Below, in pieces: positions 48,811 to 61,000 of a stretch of DNA of 64,000 nucleotides. Under the pieces are notes generated by a model, which worked only from the letters and a program-made list of their open reading frames with translations, was not told the DNA's origin and did no database searches. This DNA comes from Raillietiella orientalis (lineage: Eukaryota), in contig JAYWIR010000002.1 of the NCBI GenBank assembly GCA_036172245.1, positions 6,944,001 through 7,008,000 on the forward strand, read 5' to 3'. Every line of letters starts with the position of its first letter. Position 1 is the stretch's first letter. The position numbers were made by a program, and so were the translations under genes.

Positions 48811-49379
48811 AAGCACAGCTGTTGCCAGTCGGCTGGCAATCGCCAGACCACTGCTTCGGAGTCACAATACGAGAGGATGCTCCATCAAATCAATCGACAT
48901 CAGCAGTAATGATTTATGAGACGAATGCGTATCTGTGAAGACGCTAATTCCAGCTCATCCGCCGTCTTTCTCGCTGTTCTAGTTTCTTCCTAAACGAAAC
49001 TCCTATTTTGCCTAGCGGCGCTCTTTGCCCGAGTCACTTCCGAGGCATCCTTTCTGCACTTTCGAATTTGCTTGTTCCTTGCTTTTCCACAAAGAAGCGA
49101 TGAGGGCAACCACTTCGCCCATGCACGGACGAAAACACCGCCAGCGAGGTGCGGGGCACGTACATCGCAAACGGTTTCAGAGCGGAGCTCAGTCAAAAGA
49201 TGGATTGCATCCCGTAAGAGGCGTGCCGCCTGAGCAAGCGAAAGGAAAGCGCTGGTGTGCGCGATCCGTTGGCCTTCCGTGCGTTTGCCGTGCGCAAACA
49301 TCGGAATTCACAGAGCGAGTGGTCTTCCAGAACGGAAGTTCGAACCATGTTGAAGTTGATCCTGGATAACCACCAGCAC

Positions 49380-50200
49380 ACAGACCGGTTTCCAAAAAGT
49401 AGGGAACGAGGAGAGGGGATAATAAATAAATAAATAAAAGACGGGAGGGTGGGGACAGGGGTCTTTGGTTGAAGACGTTTTTTCCTTCTGGAAGCGGCTC
49501 TGGATGGTGGCGATCTCCCTGGCGACTTCTTCAGACAGATGAGACCACCTTGGTGCTGTCCTCATGAGGGCAAAAAATACTGGTGGCCTCTCTTCGCCGC
49601 AAACCGCCGCGAAGAGACGCCAAGACGTGACGGGTTGTCACTATGGTGCGGAGGCAACAGATCGTTGCGCCCTTCTTCGGTCCGCTTTCTATGAAGAATC
49701 GTCGCAGCAGGTCCTTAGCAGTGTCCTGCGGTCGACGGAGCTCCGAAGCGAGCCGCTGTCACAAGTCCTCCAGGGCGCTGCAGTCCTGGAGGACTTGTGA
49801 CAGGCAACTCCTCCAGGTGCCTGCGCTGACTGCACTGGAATCCCGGTGCAGAAACAGCGGGACATCCTGTGGTTTTACCGGAGCAGGAACACGGAGGTGT
49901 GTTCACACACAGGGGAGGGACCAAGAGTTCTTCAAGGGACACATCGAGCAGGTCGCTCCACCGAAGGAGTCCCTTCGCCCGGGAACAAGGAGTGGCGCGC
50001 CGTTCACCAGCACGCTCGCCTTGCAGCTGTTCTAGAGTTCTTCGACTCCAGCAACGTTGCAGGACAAATTCCAGTCAGCCAGTTAACGGAGAAAGGAATT
50101 TCGGATCGGCAGTGTTTCCGCTTTTGGAAGAAAAAAAAAAGCGCCATCTACAGGATCAGCGGCCCGCAGGCGAATTTCGCTCAGTCCCCTAGGGAAGAGT
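49380..50200 (-). mobile_element. Tx1-like ORF2 C-terminus and 3' UTR
   Basis: DLLRRFF..IVTTRHV..MRTAPRWSHLSEEV..DPCP parallels DLLRRFF..IVTARHV..MRMVSRWSHLEEV..DPCP at 2280-2560. Confidence 0.6.
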
Positions 50201-51199
50201 CCCTTGCATCCATGACTCACCCCTCGGCATATGAATAGCACCTTTGTAATTCGATCTTGGTGCGTCTTCGTCGTCGTCATCTGCAACGTTTTTTTTTTTC
50301 TTCACAGCCGTTGCCACGAGCACCCGCTTTGCTGAAGTTCGTTTCCTTGAAGCCGTCGTTTCCTCGCCGGATACGCCCAGTCCTGCGACCTTCCTGGAAG
50401 TCGCCCCCCCTCACCATACATTGGGCAGCATCAGCATCGCTTCTTGGAGGACACCCTCGCCGTCATTCTCGCCTGGGGAGGGATCGCAGGGTCCCCTCGG
50501 GCCGCTTCGCGAAAGATCGCGGAACGCTGTGCGGTTCTGCTTCCCGCAGTCAGCCGGCGACACGTGACTCGGCGAGGAGGCCGCCTGCTCCCGAATCCCT
50601 GTTCCCGTTGTTTCAGACGAACCGTAAATCATGAGGAATGTTGCGGTCCTCATCTCTGGAACCCGCAAAGAGGAAACCATCAGCGCAGGAGCGGCGCACC
50701 TGTTGCTTCGACAGCTTGTTTGTGGATCCGACGGCGCTGAAACGGACGCCGCCGAAACGTCATCTGCCGCACGACTCCACCCCAACTTTTATGTACTTGC
50801 GCTACGAAAAGCATCGTGTATGAGGCACCGCCATAGACACAATGTCTGCACAGCCCTGTGGTACACGGAGAACTTTCATATACGGACACAAGGTGTTTAT
50901 TCTTGGATGTACGAATTCTGCATTCATACATACGTGAGATCTCACGTCCATAAAGAGGGAATTCTGGATTCCGGGATGCGAAAAGCTCTGTCTCCGTCGT
51001 GAAGCTGAAGTGGGAAGCGGATATCCTGTGCTGAGTCGCAGTCAATATCCGTCCTTAGAGGAAGGCGTTGCGAAGCGTTCCCGTTGCTCCTAAAAGGACT
51101 GATCCAGATTTCTCCTTTTCTTCTTCTCTTAAAGGTTAGTAGCGACCTAACGAGGTGGAGGGGGAGGGCAGGGGAAAGAGTGGTTACCATTGGCCTAGG

Positions 51200-51825
51200 A
51201 TGATGCTTTCGAGTTCTGTTTTCTTTGCGTTTCTTTCCAGCTTTTTTTTTTTTTGGTTCGCCAAGTGCTGAAGAACCTCCCGCCCCCTCAGAGGGGACTC
51301 ACGAAGCTCTTGAATACCGCCCACGCCCACTCGAGGGTGCGTATTAACTCTTCAAGATGGAGATAATCCCGGAGGGACCACCCAATGAATCCAGGAAGGA
51401 CTCCGGAGGGAGTCCGTTCCTCTCACGCTTGGTAGGGAACCACCTCTTCCTGATTCTCTCCGGAAGGACCCCCCGGAAAAGATCCGCTCCCTGTCTCCTC
51501 CTCTGAAGACAATCCCGAAGGGACGCTGCCAAATTAGTCATGAGAAGACCCTTGAGGGGGTATCGATCAGCTCCATGGTAGACAATAAGTGATCGCCCCC
51601 CCTCCCTCCCGAGGAGGAACGGCTTTATTTTCACAACAAAAGGGGAAACGACTCCTTGGTTCCTGAAAGGACCCCGGCGGTTCAGCTTTTAACCCCAGCC
51701 ACTCAACAGGGGCATCCGGCTCCCACCATTTCTTGGTGTCCATCCTCCGCTTGGGGATTCCAACCCTCAACTCTTGGTGCCACACGCGGAGACCGCCGCA
51801 GCCACACGGTCGCCAGCGCTGCCCA
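51200..51825 (-). mobile_element. Family A copy
   Basis: WWEPDAPVEWLGLKAEPPGSFQEP; catggagctgatcga; ggttcttcagcacttggcgaacc. Confidence 0.75.
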
Positions 51826-51849
51826 GTTGTCTCCTTTCTTTTGATCATA

Positions 51850-52650
51850 GCTAAGATGCTTCCGTGAAGATCTGCTTGATTAATGGAATCGCCATCACCA
51901 ATCATTGTGAGGTCGATTTGCTTCTGACTTTCGAGGAAGGCTTCGGAACATTCCACTGCATGCCTGCACTTTCAAATGGGATCTCGTCTCCTGGATTGGA
52001 TCCCTCCTTGCCCCTTCTTCAGATCATCCATTTTAGAAAGGTCATCCGGGACGAGGTGTCTTGCGACAATTACCTTTTGTCCTTGGCGCTGTTTGCCTGT
52101 TCTGTTCACAGGTTCGGGCTGGGTCGCACGCTTCATTAGAAGCGCTTCTGGAGCTTCTCAGTGGCTTCCCGAAAAAATTTGCTATGCGCTTCGGAATCCG
52201 GGAGCAAATCACGGCGAGAAGCGTCCTGTCTGTCCCCCCTTCTTTGACCAAGCAGCAGGGCTCCTCACTCTCTCTGAAAAATGCATGGAACCTGTGCATT
52301 TTCAATGTTTCCTTCATCGACTCCAAAGGCAGCCCGTTGCTTCTTCTGGTGGGAGCGTTCCCGAAGAGGCGAGCGTTTTTTCTCACGTTGGGGCACTCAA
52401 GATCCGAAGATGGGTATCTTCGCTGCCTTCCGGAATTAGTCTTTTTACAAGCCGGCACCCTCGATGGAGCCCTAGGCGTTTCGACCGTCTGGTGCCAAGC
52501 AGAGCGTGCGCGCTCTTTGCAAAAGCCATCCTGGAAGCGACGCACCGTTCGGTGGCCGCGAGAACGCAGGTGGAGAGGGAAGGGGTGCCGCTCGTAATCC
52601 AACAAGAGGGAATTTCTTCCCAATTCGTCTGCTCGGTGCTCCGTTCGTCA
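51850..52650 (-). mobile_element. Possible Gypsy-like integrase remnant
   Basis: SLLLDY and RSNGLPLESMKETLK weakly resemble LLVVDY and SNG.AER..T.K. Confidence 0.3.
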
Positions 52651-52749
52651 GGAAGCTTCATCGGTGACTGATCCATCGCGAACAAGTTTCGCAGGAGTTT
52701 GTCCGCAATGAGTCGTTCGCGCTGCAGACTACCCGCCAGACATCCTTCT

Positions 52750-53550
52750 GGAAGATTCGTTTCGGGCTTCTCCTTTGTGGTGGTTCGCGTGCCTTTTCAA
52801 AGTCCCTCTCTTTCCCCTTCTTCGTCTACTCCAGAAACTCCGCCCATCTTGCAGAATGTATCCTTCGAAGCTCGAGAAACCCACCTGGCCGGGGGAAGGG
52901 GGAGGAAGGTCTATGGCATGACAGCAATCATGACGGAAAACGTTTCCCCTTGTTCCCGAAGCTGCGCGCCGTTGCCTGTGGTAACCGCCTAAGAACCAAG
53001 AATTCCACTGCACGCTCGTTCTGACTCCTTGCTCATGACGGCATCCTTTCCACTGGTTGTTGTTTTGGGCACTGCACGTTTCCCCGACACCACCGGAGGA
53101 GTTCGTCGTGGGTGTGTCGGCCGAATAGATGGACTGTCCATTGCAAACATGCAGGGCAAACAAGGGCGTCCGGGAACGACCTCCTCTCTGATGGAAATCC
53201 AAAGTGCGACCGATGGCGGCATCCAGTTCCCGTTACCCACCCACCGGCACTGTGCTTTGTTTGCTCCCCTCCCGTTCAAAACGTCTCGCGGAGGGTTCCA
53301 GACTTCCCGGGCGTGCACTGGGAAAGCGGGTCGGTTTTGGGTTCCCGGAGCCCGGAAAGGACTCGGACGAACCGGGAAAGAGACAGAGCGCTGGGCGTTT
53401 CGAGTTCCCGAAGCAATCGCCTGAGCGGGTTTTCCAATCGCGGGGAGAGGCGCCTCTGGAAGACCTCCGAAACCTGGGAACAGAGGTTTGGGACCCATCA
53501 GCTGGATTCTGCTGAAGCTCTTTCAGTCCCTCGGGATTTTCACAATCATC
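52750..53550 (-). mobile_element. Possible Tx1-like endonuclease remnant
   Basis: SVALWISIREEVVPGRPCL resembles the GVA..EV.PGR.L segment. Confidence 0.35.
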
Positions 53551-53789
53551 TTTCAGGCTCGCCATTGAGGATGCCCGTAGCAACCTCTGGATCCGAACCG
53601 TTCCCAGTGAAGGCTCCCATTCGATGCTTTGAAAATTTTATGATTTTTCTGGAACGATCCTGAAAGAAAGAGAAAGACAAGGGTCCTGCAGAAGGGAAGG
53701 GGCCGGCAAAGAGCGCTGCGCGCGGGGGCTCTGGAGCGAGTGACCAACGAGGGAGAGAGCAAATCGAGCACTTGACGACCTTATCATGG

Positions 53790-54250
53790 ACCGATGAGCT
53801 TTTCATATGCGATAAATACAGTGAGGGGTCGACATGAGCGGACCAAAGGGACCGATTCTCAGTGGGGACAGCACTAGAAAAGGTCAATGAGTAAACAAAC
53901 ACGTAGTGGAGTGGACTGGCCTCACGGCGGCGGAGACGAGGGGCGGCCTGCGTTGGGCAGGGAAGGGAAAGGGGTGAGGTGTTGCTGATTGGAACCACGC
54001 TCACCTGGAGGCCAGTGCGCTCCATGTACCAGGTGAAGTCGAGTCGTCTCTGCTCACGCGCCAGGACGGCGGCGATCGCCAACGTTTCCACGTCCGCATT
54101 CTTCATCCGCTCTGAGGACCGGAGCGTCTCGCCACGTGGCGGAGGATCGCAGGTTGTGAGGATTGGCGTTCCTTGGAGAAGGTACTGATCATCGGGGAGT
54201 TTGCACCCCCGAGACTAGTTTCCGTCTCCCATGAGGCAGCCTCTGGAGCA
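53790..54250 (+). mobile_element. Possible L1-like endonuclease remnant
   Basis: WTG..KG*GVA and KVLIIGEF (cf. LIIGGDFN). Confidence 0.35.
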
Positions 54251-54839
54251 TTCGGGCAGCTCGCGCCAATAGCGCCCCCACCATTCCCAGTAGGAGAAGT
54301 TCGGCTTATGTTTCCAGCTGCACTCGCCAAGTCTTCCCGCCCTCCCTTCTCCAGCTTCGGCTGGAAGATTTTGACCTTGCTGCCGTCAAAGAGTCACCCC
54401 ACGGCGACCACCACTGTGCTGCACGAAAAGATCCAGGCGTCGCCGTCGTGTCACCAACTCGGTCCACCATGAAGTCACCTTCTTGTCGACGCATCTAGCG
54501 CAAGGCGCCCGCGTCCCTCGAGCGCGGAAGAAATCTTCTGTGGCGGTGCCAAAGGGAAGCCTCCGGGTGGGCATGGAACTGGATTCCTGCATCGGTGTGT
54601 GTATTGAAAACGGGCAAGGGGCGACGAGCTCTTCCTCATCAGTTTCCTGTGGTCCGAAGACCTCGGGGATGTTGCGCGCGGAACGCTCGCTCGTGGTTCT
54701 CGTGCGCGGCGCGTTCCAGAGGGACGGGAAAGTCGTCCCGCTGGGTTCCTCTGGTTGGAGACGGGGTCGGATTTCTTTCCATTGTGGGCTCGCGCGTTTT
54801 CCTGGACACTAGTCGAATTACAGCACCTCCTGGTTTCTT

Positions 54840-55520
54840 TTTTTGTTCCCCCCTTTTTAGGTTCCCAAAGAGTGCTGAAGAACCGTCCGCCTCCTTAAGG
54901 GGCGCTCACTGAGCTCTTTGACACTGTCCATTCCACCCGAGGGGTTCAAATAGGAGAGTCACCCTGGAAGGGGACCACCATATGCAGCCGAAGGAAGGAG
55001 TCCGTTCCTCTCACGCTTGGGAAGGGACCCCGAAAGGAACTGCCTCTTCTGTATTCTCTCAGAATTGACCGTCCAGTTTGTGGGGCCGCTCCTCTTTTAT
55101 TCTCCGAAGGGAATCCGGGAAGGACTCGCTCCTGGCATTTCTTCTTCGGGGGATATCTGCAAGCGAATCGCTCCTCGTTTCCATCTCCTCTGAAGAGACC
55201 CCCGACGGCACTCTTCCAGACTTTCTTAGAGGGGTGGAACTCCCTGAAGGGAGCGGCGCGCTTCTTGGACACTCTGGAGAGGCATCGCCAATCCACCAGC
55301 TCCATGGTACGAGGTGGAGAGGGTCCTCTCCCCACCGGGAGGACCGGAGGCTCCAGCTCCCGAAGGGCTTCCTGATGCCCTGGAAGGACCCCGGAGGGTC
55401 AGCTTCCAATCGCGGCCGGTCAAGGGAGGCATCCGGCTTCCACCAGCGCCGCCGGGTCCGAAGCCGCCGGAGGCCGACCAACGTCATCTTGCGGGGAAGA
55501 CTCGAAACCCTCACGACAAC
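54840..55520 (-). mobile_element. Family A copy
   Basis: WWKPDASLDRPRLEADPPGSFQGIRKPFG; catggagctggtgga; ggttcttcagcact. Confidence 0.75.
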
Positions 55521-58170
55521 GCTTAGCGCGGAGACCTTAGCCAAACGGCCGCCCATGCGGGCTGCCTAATTCTGGGACAACAGTAGACCCACCTGACCCT
55601 ACGGATTGGGTGCGCGTGGCTTACAGGAGGTTGGTCTCCGCAGATGCTCGAGGAACGAACCGCGGAAGAGCAGCTTGAGGAACGCGGCGCCGCAGTGAAG
55701 TCGCTCCCGCCGTCATTTCTACTTACGGAGGGAGGGAGGGGAAGCGGAAGAGGGAAAGATTCCGCGTGGCATCGCCGAAGGGATCGGCCACCGGGGAGCT
55801 CACTCCGACGCGCCTTGAACACTGGCCTGGGATCGATCGCCCCCCTCCCTGAAACACTTCATCCCTACTTCGACCGAGCTGCTCTTGCGCCAGATCACCA
55901 GCCCGCTTGCGCCAACAGCTCCGGATCTCCATGCACCAGTTTCCGGAAAACGTCTCGCTTCGAAACGCCCCGAGGCGTTTCTCCGTCCGCGTCGGCAAAC
56001 GCGGAGCCGTCGTCAAGGGTAGGACTGCCGTCCGCGCGAGTAATCAGCGGCGAAGGAAGCCGCTCGTGGAAAAAAAAAAAAAAACGTCACGGACGTTCCC
56101 AGATAAAAAGCAGCGGAGATGACTTAGGGCGCAACCGGGAGAAACTCGAATCTGCTGGTGCATCCGACTCGTGTAAGTCAAGATGAATGCCCAGGATATT
56201 TGAAAACACAAAGAGTCGTTTGCAGCCGACGAATATTCCGGCGGAAATAAATAGGTCCGTTCTTTTCATGCAGGTAATGACGCTGGTTGGAAAGAGAGCG
56301 CAGCCGTCGTTTGAGGGGTTGGTGATAAAGTATCTGATCACATAACTCATCTCGAGTGGAGATGTTAACTGCTCGTGCGTACCCCATCCGGGATCATTTG
56401 GAAGCACGCGGATCGCGAGAGCGGAACGGAAATCCGAACGCGTGGTTTAACTGGAAGAGCTTCGGATAGATGGCAGCGCCTTGGGAGGGAGGGAGAGAGT
56501 GAAGGGGAGAGGGGGGAGGCACGGACGGCGAGCGGGCGAAGCGACGCGATCACACGGCGGGGACGCGACTCGGAAGTCAGGGATGAGCAGAAACCGGTCC
56601 GAACGCCGGCCACGACCGAACTTTCCCGTTCCCTGGAAAAAAAAAAAAAAAAGATCGTCTCTCTCAAGCACTTTTCTCTCCCTCGTCCCCATTCTCGCTA
56701 GGGCTGACCCTCGCGGGCTGCGCGCGGTTCCGGAGCTACGGAATGCACTGAGACGGTTCTGCTGCTTCTCCTTTGTACCTCCTCGCTGAGGATCCGCTGA
56801 TCTGGCTCACGGGAATACCGTCGTCATGGAAATAGGGTAGACGGCGATCAGGCTTGGCTTTTTTTCTTTTTTTGCGTGCCTACTTTTCGAGTGGGGACCC
56901 CCCGTAGATGCCACAGCGTGCCCTTTCTCCCTCGCAGCCTCAGGACCACGCGGGCTCCCAGACGGCAAGCGCGCGGTCCGCTCTCCAGATAGGCGGGGGG
57001 GGAGAGGGGGGCTCTTCGACGCTTCCTCCGCTCGCTGGCGGGACTCACCGGGAAAGCCGAAGACGAAAGATGGCAGCGGATCCGAGGACAAACCCTCGTG
57101 GAAGCGGGGAAGCCCCTGGGCGGAGCAGTCTCCCTTGCGGCTTACCCGTTTCCGCTCCCCTGTTATGGTTCCCCCCCTCCCGGCGAGCAGCAAGACAGCT
57201 TCTGCGGGGATTATTAGAGCCTCCCGCGTCGCCGGGATGTCCTCCGGGCGGGACCGCTCTCTTCGTCTCCGCGGCCGCCGACGTCCGGCGTTGCGCTGGG
57301 CGCGTCTTCCGCTCGAGAGATGGCGGGAAGCTCCCGCATCTCCTTCACAAGCGAAGGTGGCGCCTGGAGGGTCCCGTGCCTCCTCCTCCGGGTGGCTCTC
57401 GCGCATCCCGGAGTCCCTGATTCGCTTGGAAGGCGGCTGAAACTCCAGGACGTTCGCTCCTGCATCCTCGCTGCGTTCTCGGACGCATCCTGGACCACGC
57501 GAGCATTCGTCTTCCGGTCTGGACACCTCCTGCCGGAAGACGAGGAGGCGCCCATCTGCCGGCTAAGAGGCAGGGTCTCTTCCGCCCCGTGGCTGGGACC
57601 ACGAAGCCCCCCTCGCACTTGACCTCTCACTTCTCCCCTGGGAGCTGCGAAACCCCCCCCCCCCACACCAGCCTTCGTCCGTTCTCCTCTTCCCCCGCCT
57701 GGATCTTTTCTTCCGGAAACAACAATCCCCGTTTCCCGCGACCGTTTGTCCTGCGCGCACGGAAAGACCATCCCGCCGCACCCACCGCGACGAGGGGGCA
57801 TCCACCCACCCGGCGTCGACGCATCATCCCGGTAGACGGCACCACCTCCTGGCGAGGAATCCCTCTACCTTTTCCTCGGACACCCTCCCGGCCAACGCTC
57901 ACCGCGAAGAGCAGCTCTCGGTCCGCAGCAGCAGCCCTGGATGTGCGAGGCCACAGGGCCCCCATCACGTGGTCAGCAAAACCAGGGGACCCCCACTGCC
58001 CCACTTCCTCTCCCAAAGAGTACACTGAACAGCGTGCACTTTCGCATATCGGCGCGGACCATCTCGTTGTCCACCCACAGCCACTTCCCTTCGTAGCTCC
58101 CTACCGCCCTTGTACGCGTGGGTCCCGCGCATTCCACTCACGTGGAAATTTTCCGGGAGGAACCCAAATT

Positions 58171-58221
58171 ACCTATCCCATCTAACCCAACCTACCTATT
58201 CCACCAAACCTAACCTAACCT
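58171..58221. repeat. Degenerate (AACCT)n tract, the complement of TTAGG
   Basis: aacctaacctaacct at 58207-58221 preceded by degenerate units. Confidence 0.5.
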
Positions 58222-59379
58222 TTCTGTGGCCACCTTCCCGGCTTCCAGCCGGGATGAGAACTCAGGGAAGCTGAGTGTCTTCACCCCGCGAAGCGCTCCC
58301 GCCGCCCAGGAATAACCGGTCCATCTCCAAGGATGGGACGGGTGCATGTTCTCGCAAGTGCCTACTCGAAGAGCCTGGGCGGAGATCAGGAAGGGGAAGC
58401 AGGAAAAGAGGTTTTGCAAGGTCCGGGACCCCTGGATCTCGGAGGATGCTCTCTTCGTTCTCGAGTCGGTTTTTACCCCGCTTGGGATGCGTGGGTCCGC
58501 GAGCTGCCGGAACAGGGCAGTCACGAGGCAATGAGCTCTAGAGCACATCGGCAGCTGGTCCAGGGTGCCTTGGGGAAGGAGGAGGGAAGGCCCTAGTGGG
58601 AAGGAGAACGAAGGAAGGCGAGGTGGCTGGCCTCTGGTCTTTCGCAAAGGGCGGCGCCTGACGCTGGCGGCCGCCTTGTGCTCCCCCAGCTCCGCGGAAG
58701 GGACGGGGTGGGGAGGGGGGATTTGCCGTCCCGTCGGATCATCTGATCATCCCTTTAAAGTCAGCGGAAGGAATCTCACGAGTCGGCAGAGGGACCCGCC
58801 ATCGGCGTGGGCGGAGGTGAAGTCCAGAAAACGGATGACTGGACGGGATGAGCCGGTCTGCCAGCGATGGCGATGGTTCCCAGCAACCCGAGTGGGGGAG
58901 GAGCGCGAAAGAGGGCGGGTGGGGGGGTGGTGATGAGGCAGGTGAGTCGGCTCGCGATGACCCTGACTCTCCCTTCGCGACTCAGGTCGAGTTATTCCGC
59001 CTCCGCGTGCGGGCGATGCGAGGGGAGCAGCGCGCTGCGCGAACCCGTCCAGCCAGCTCCCGAACCGCGACCTTTGACATCAGTCGATCGCTTCCATGGA
59101 GACGAGTGTGTGTCACTGCTGCGCGCCAAGCCAAGCGGTATTGACGCCGGTTCCGCCGGGACATCTATCGATGAATTCCCATAAACTTCAAAATTATAGT
59201 AGGGCTGTATAGGTCCTACCAGATCCCAAGGATGAGTGAAGGCAGCTCGGCCACCAGGGAGCCAGGGAGGGGTTGGCATTGGAAACAAGGGGGGAAGAGA
59301 ACAAAACAAAACAAAATAAATAAATAAATAAGCAAATGAATGCAAGAAATTTGTCTTTTGGGGGGAAGGGGAGGGGGTT

Positions 59380-60000
59380 GAGGAAGGGACCGCAACCCTT
59401 CCCCATGTGCCCCCTGAACCCTCTGTAGGATACAGGCGAGTTCCTCTTCACGGCTAGCCAGATGGCGCGATCGTCAGGAAGAGGGTCGCGAAGCAGGGGG
59501 AGTCCCTGTCGGAGTAGGTCCGTCTTCGGTGGCGCTCCGGGACGCCACAGCCGCTCTGGGGCAACAGAAGACAGGTGGCAGTGCGCACCCCCAGGAAGAC
59601 CTCTTTGGAACGGACTGTAGCGCGAAGAGCCGCTCCAAAGCGTCCCCGGTTGGCCGGAGGGCAACGCAGTTCCCATCCAGGCACGGGAAGGGTTCTTGGT
59701 CCTCCTCACCTTTCCTGGAGAGTAGCAGCGGTGTGGTCGGCGGACGTTCCCTCTCATGCGTGGACCGCATGCGGCTTTGTCCTTCACGCGCCGGGGTTTC
59801 CCGTGCGACCAGCGCCGTAATTGGCAGACGGGGGGAGGGAGGGAGAGCGGCTCCCCAAAGCGTCCCAGGATGCGGAGAAGTTTCCACACCTGCATCTGGA
59901 CTGTGGCTCCCTTCGAAGCATTGGGGGAAGGCTGCCTCGCGTCCTCCCTGCTCTTCCTTGAAGACAACCCTGCTGGCTCGTGGAGGGGCTTCCTCCTGCG
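59380..60000 (-). mobile_element. Decayed Tx1-like ORF1 remnant
   Basis: NVRR..SPGKV..AWMG and RGHMGKGC relic motifs. Confidence 0.35.
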
Positions 60001-60399
60001 GCCGCACCGATCCCGTCTTGCGTCAACGGGATCGCGGCTCCCCAGCATGCAGGAAAGAATGCCTCGCTCGGAATCTGGAAGCATGGTCTCACCTGCAGCA
60101 ACGCGTTCAGGATGCTGCTGCCAGCATTCAATACAGTCTGCAGAGGTCGTGGTGGGAAAAAATCAAACTGTGACCCCTTACCTTCTTCCCTCCCTTATTT
60201 ATCTCTTTATTCCGTGTGTCCCCTGCTCTCCCTGTCCTCGTGTGCAGTCGACCTGAGAGCCTCGTGGTTCAATCCCTCTTCGTGACCTCGGAAGGTCTCT
60301 CGGGACTGGTGTCCTACTCTGTCTGTTTACTTTCCTTTTTAGTAAAGAAACGCTTCGCAGGCATCGCATGACAGCAGTGGTTGGTGACCGTCACATGGG

Positions 60400-61000
60400 A
60401 CACTCCAGCGCGGAAGCGGAAGAGACCATTCCTGCCTCCTTGAGGGAAGTCTGGCTCTGTGCATAAACGCTGCGGGGTTCTTCAGGTCTTCCGTGGGAAT
60501 TCCTGGAAAAATCCATCGGCAGCATAAGTCCCTTTGAAGATGTATTCGAGTCCCTGCCGGCAGGCAAGTGCCACTGTTGTCCCGAAGTGGGGGACTCCAG
60601 AGCGGCGAGTTATGTTGCTGTTTCGAGCAGGATCGCTCCCTTATCTCTTCGGCAATCTCCTCGAGGGTGAACTGGCCTCACTTCCTCATTTCCGCGGTTT
60701 CCGGGGAGACCTCGGTGACGTCCGCCCAGGTCTTCACTGTTTCCAGTTGCCTTTTCCTCTTGCAGGATCACGCGCCGAATGGAGAGCGGGGCTCGGACAA
60801 CTTCCGTGGCAATGCGGCGGGTCTTCGCGGCGCACCAAAATGCACCAGCGGGCGGTTCGGTGCTTGGCGACGAACGCCAGTCTGAAAAAGTGCGGAGCGT
60901 ATTGTAGTTGCTGTTCCGTTCGCTCCGGCGTCTCAGGAGGCCACGTTCTCCATCCCGATGTGGATCCTGAAAAGAACAAAAAAAAGAAGCGCACTCCTGT
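60400..61000 (-). mobile_element. Decayed Tx1-like ORF2 C-terminal region
   Basis: LQRDLCCRWIFPGIPT..AFMHRARL resembles KDL.W..LP..FMH.R.L. Confidence 0.4.

Noticed and set aside
50932..50947. Perfect 16-bp palindrome acgtgagatctcacgt
   Set aside because: Isolated, no extended inverted repeat or TSD; compatible with chance
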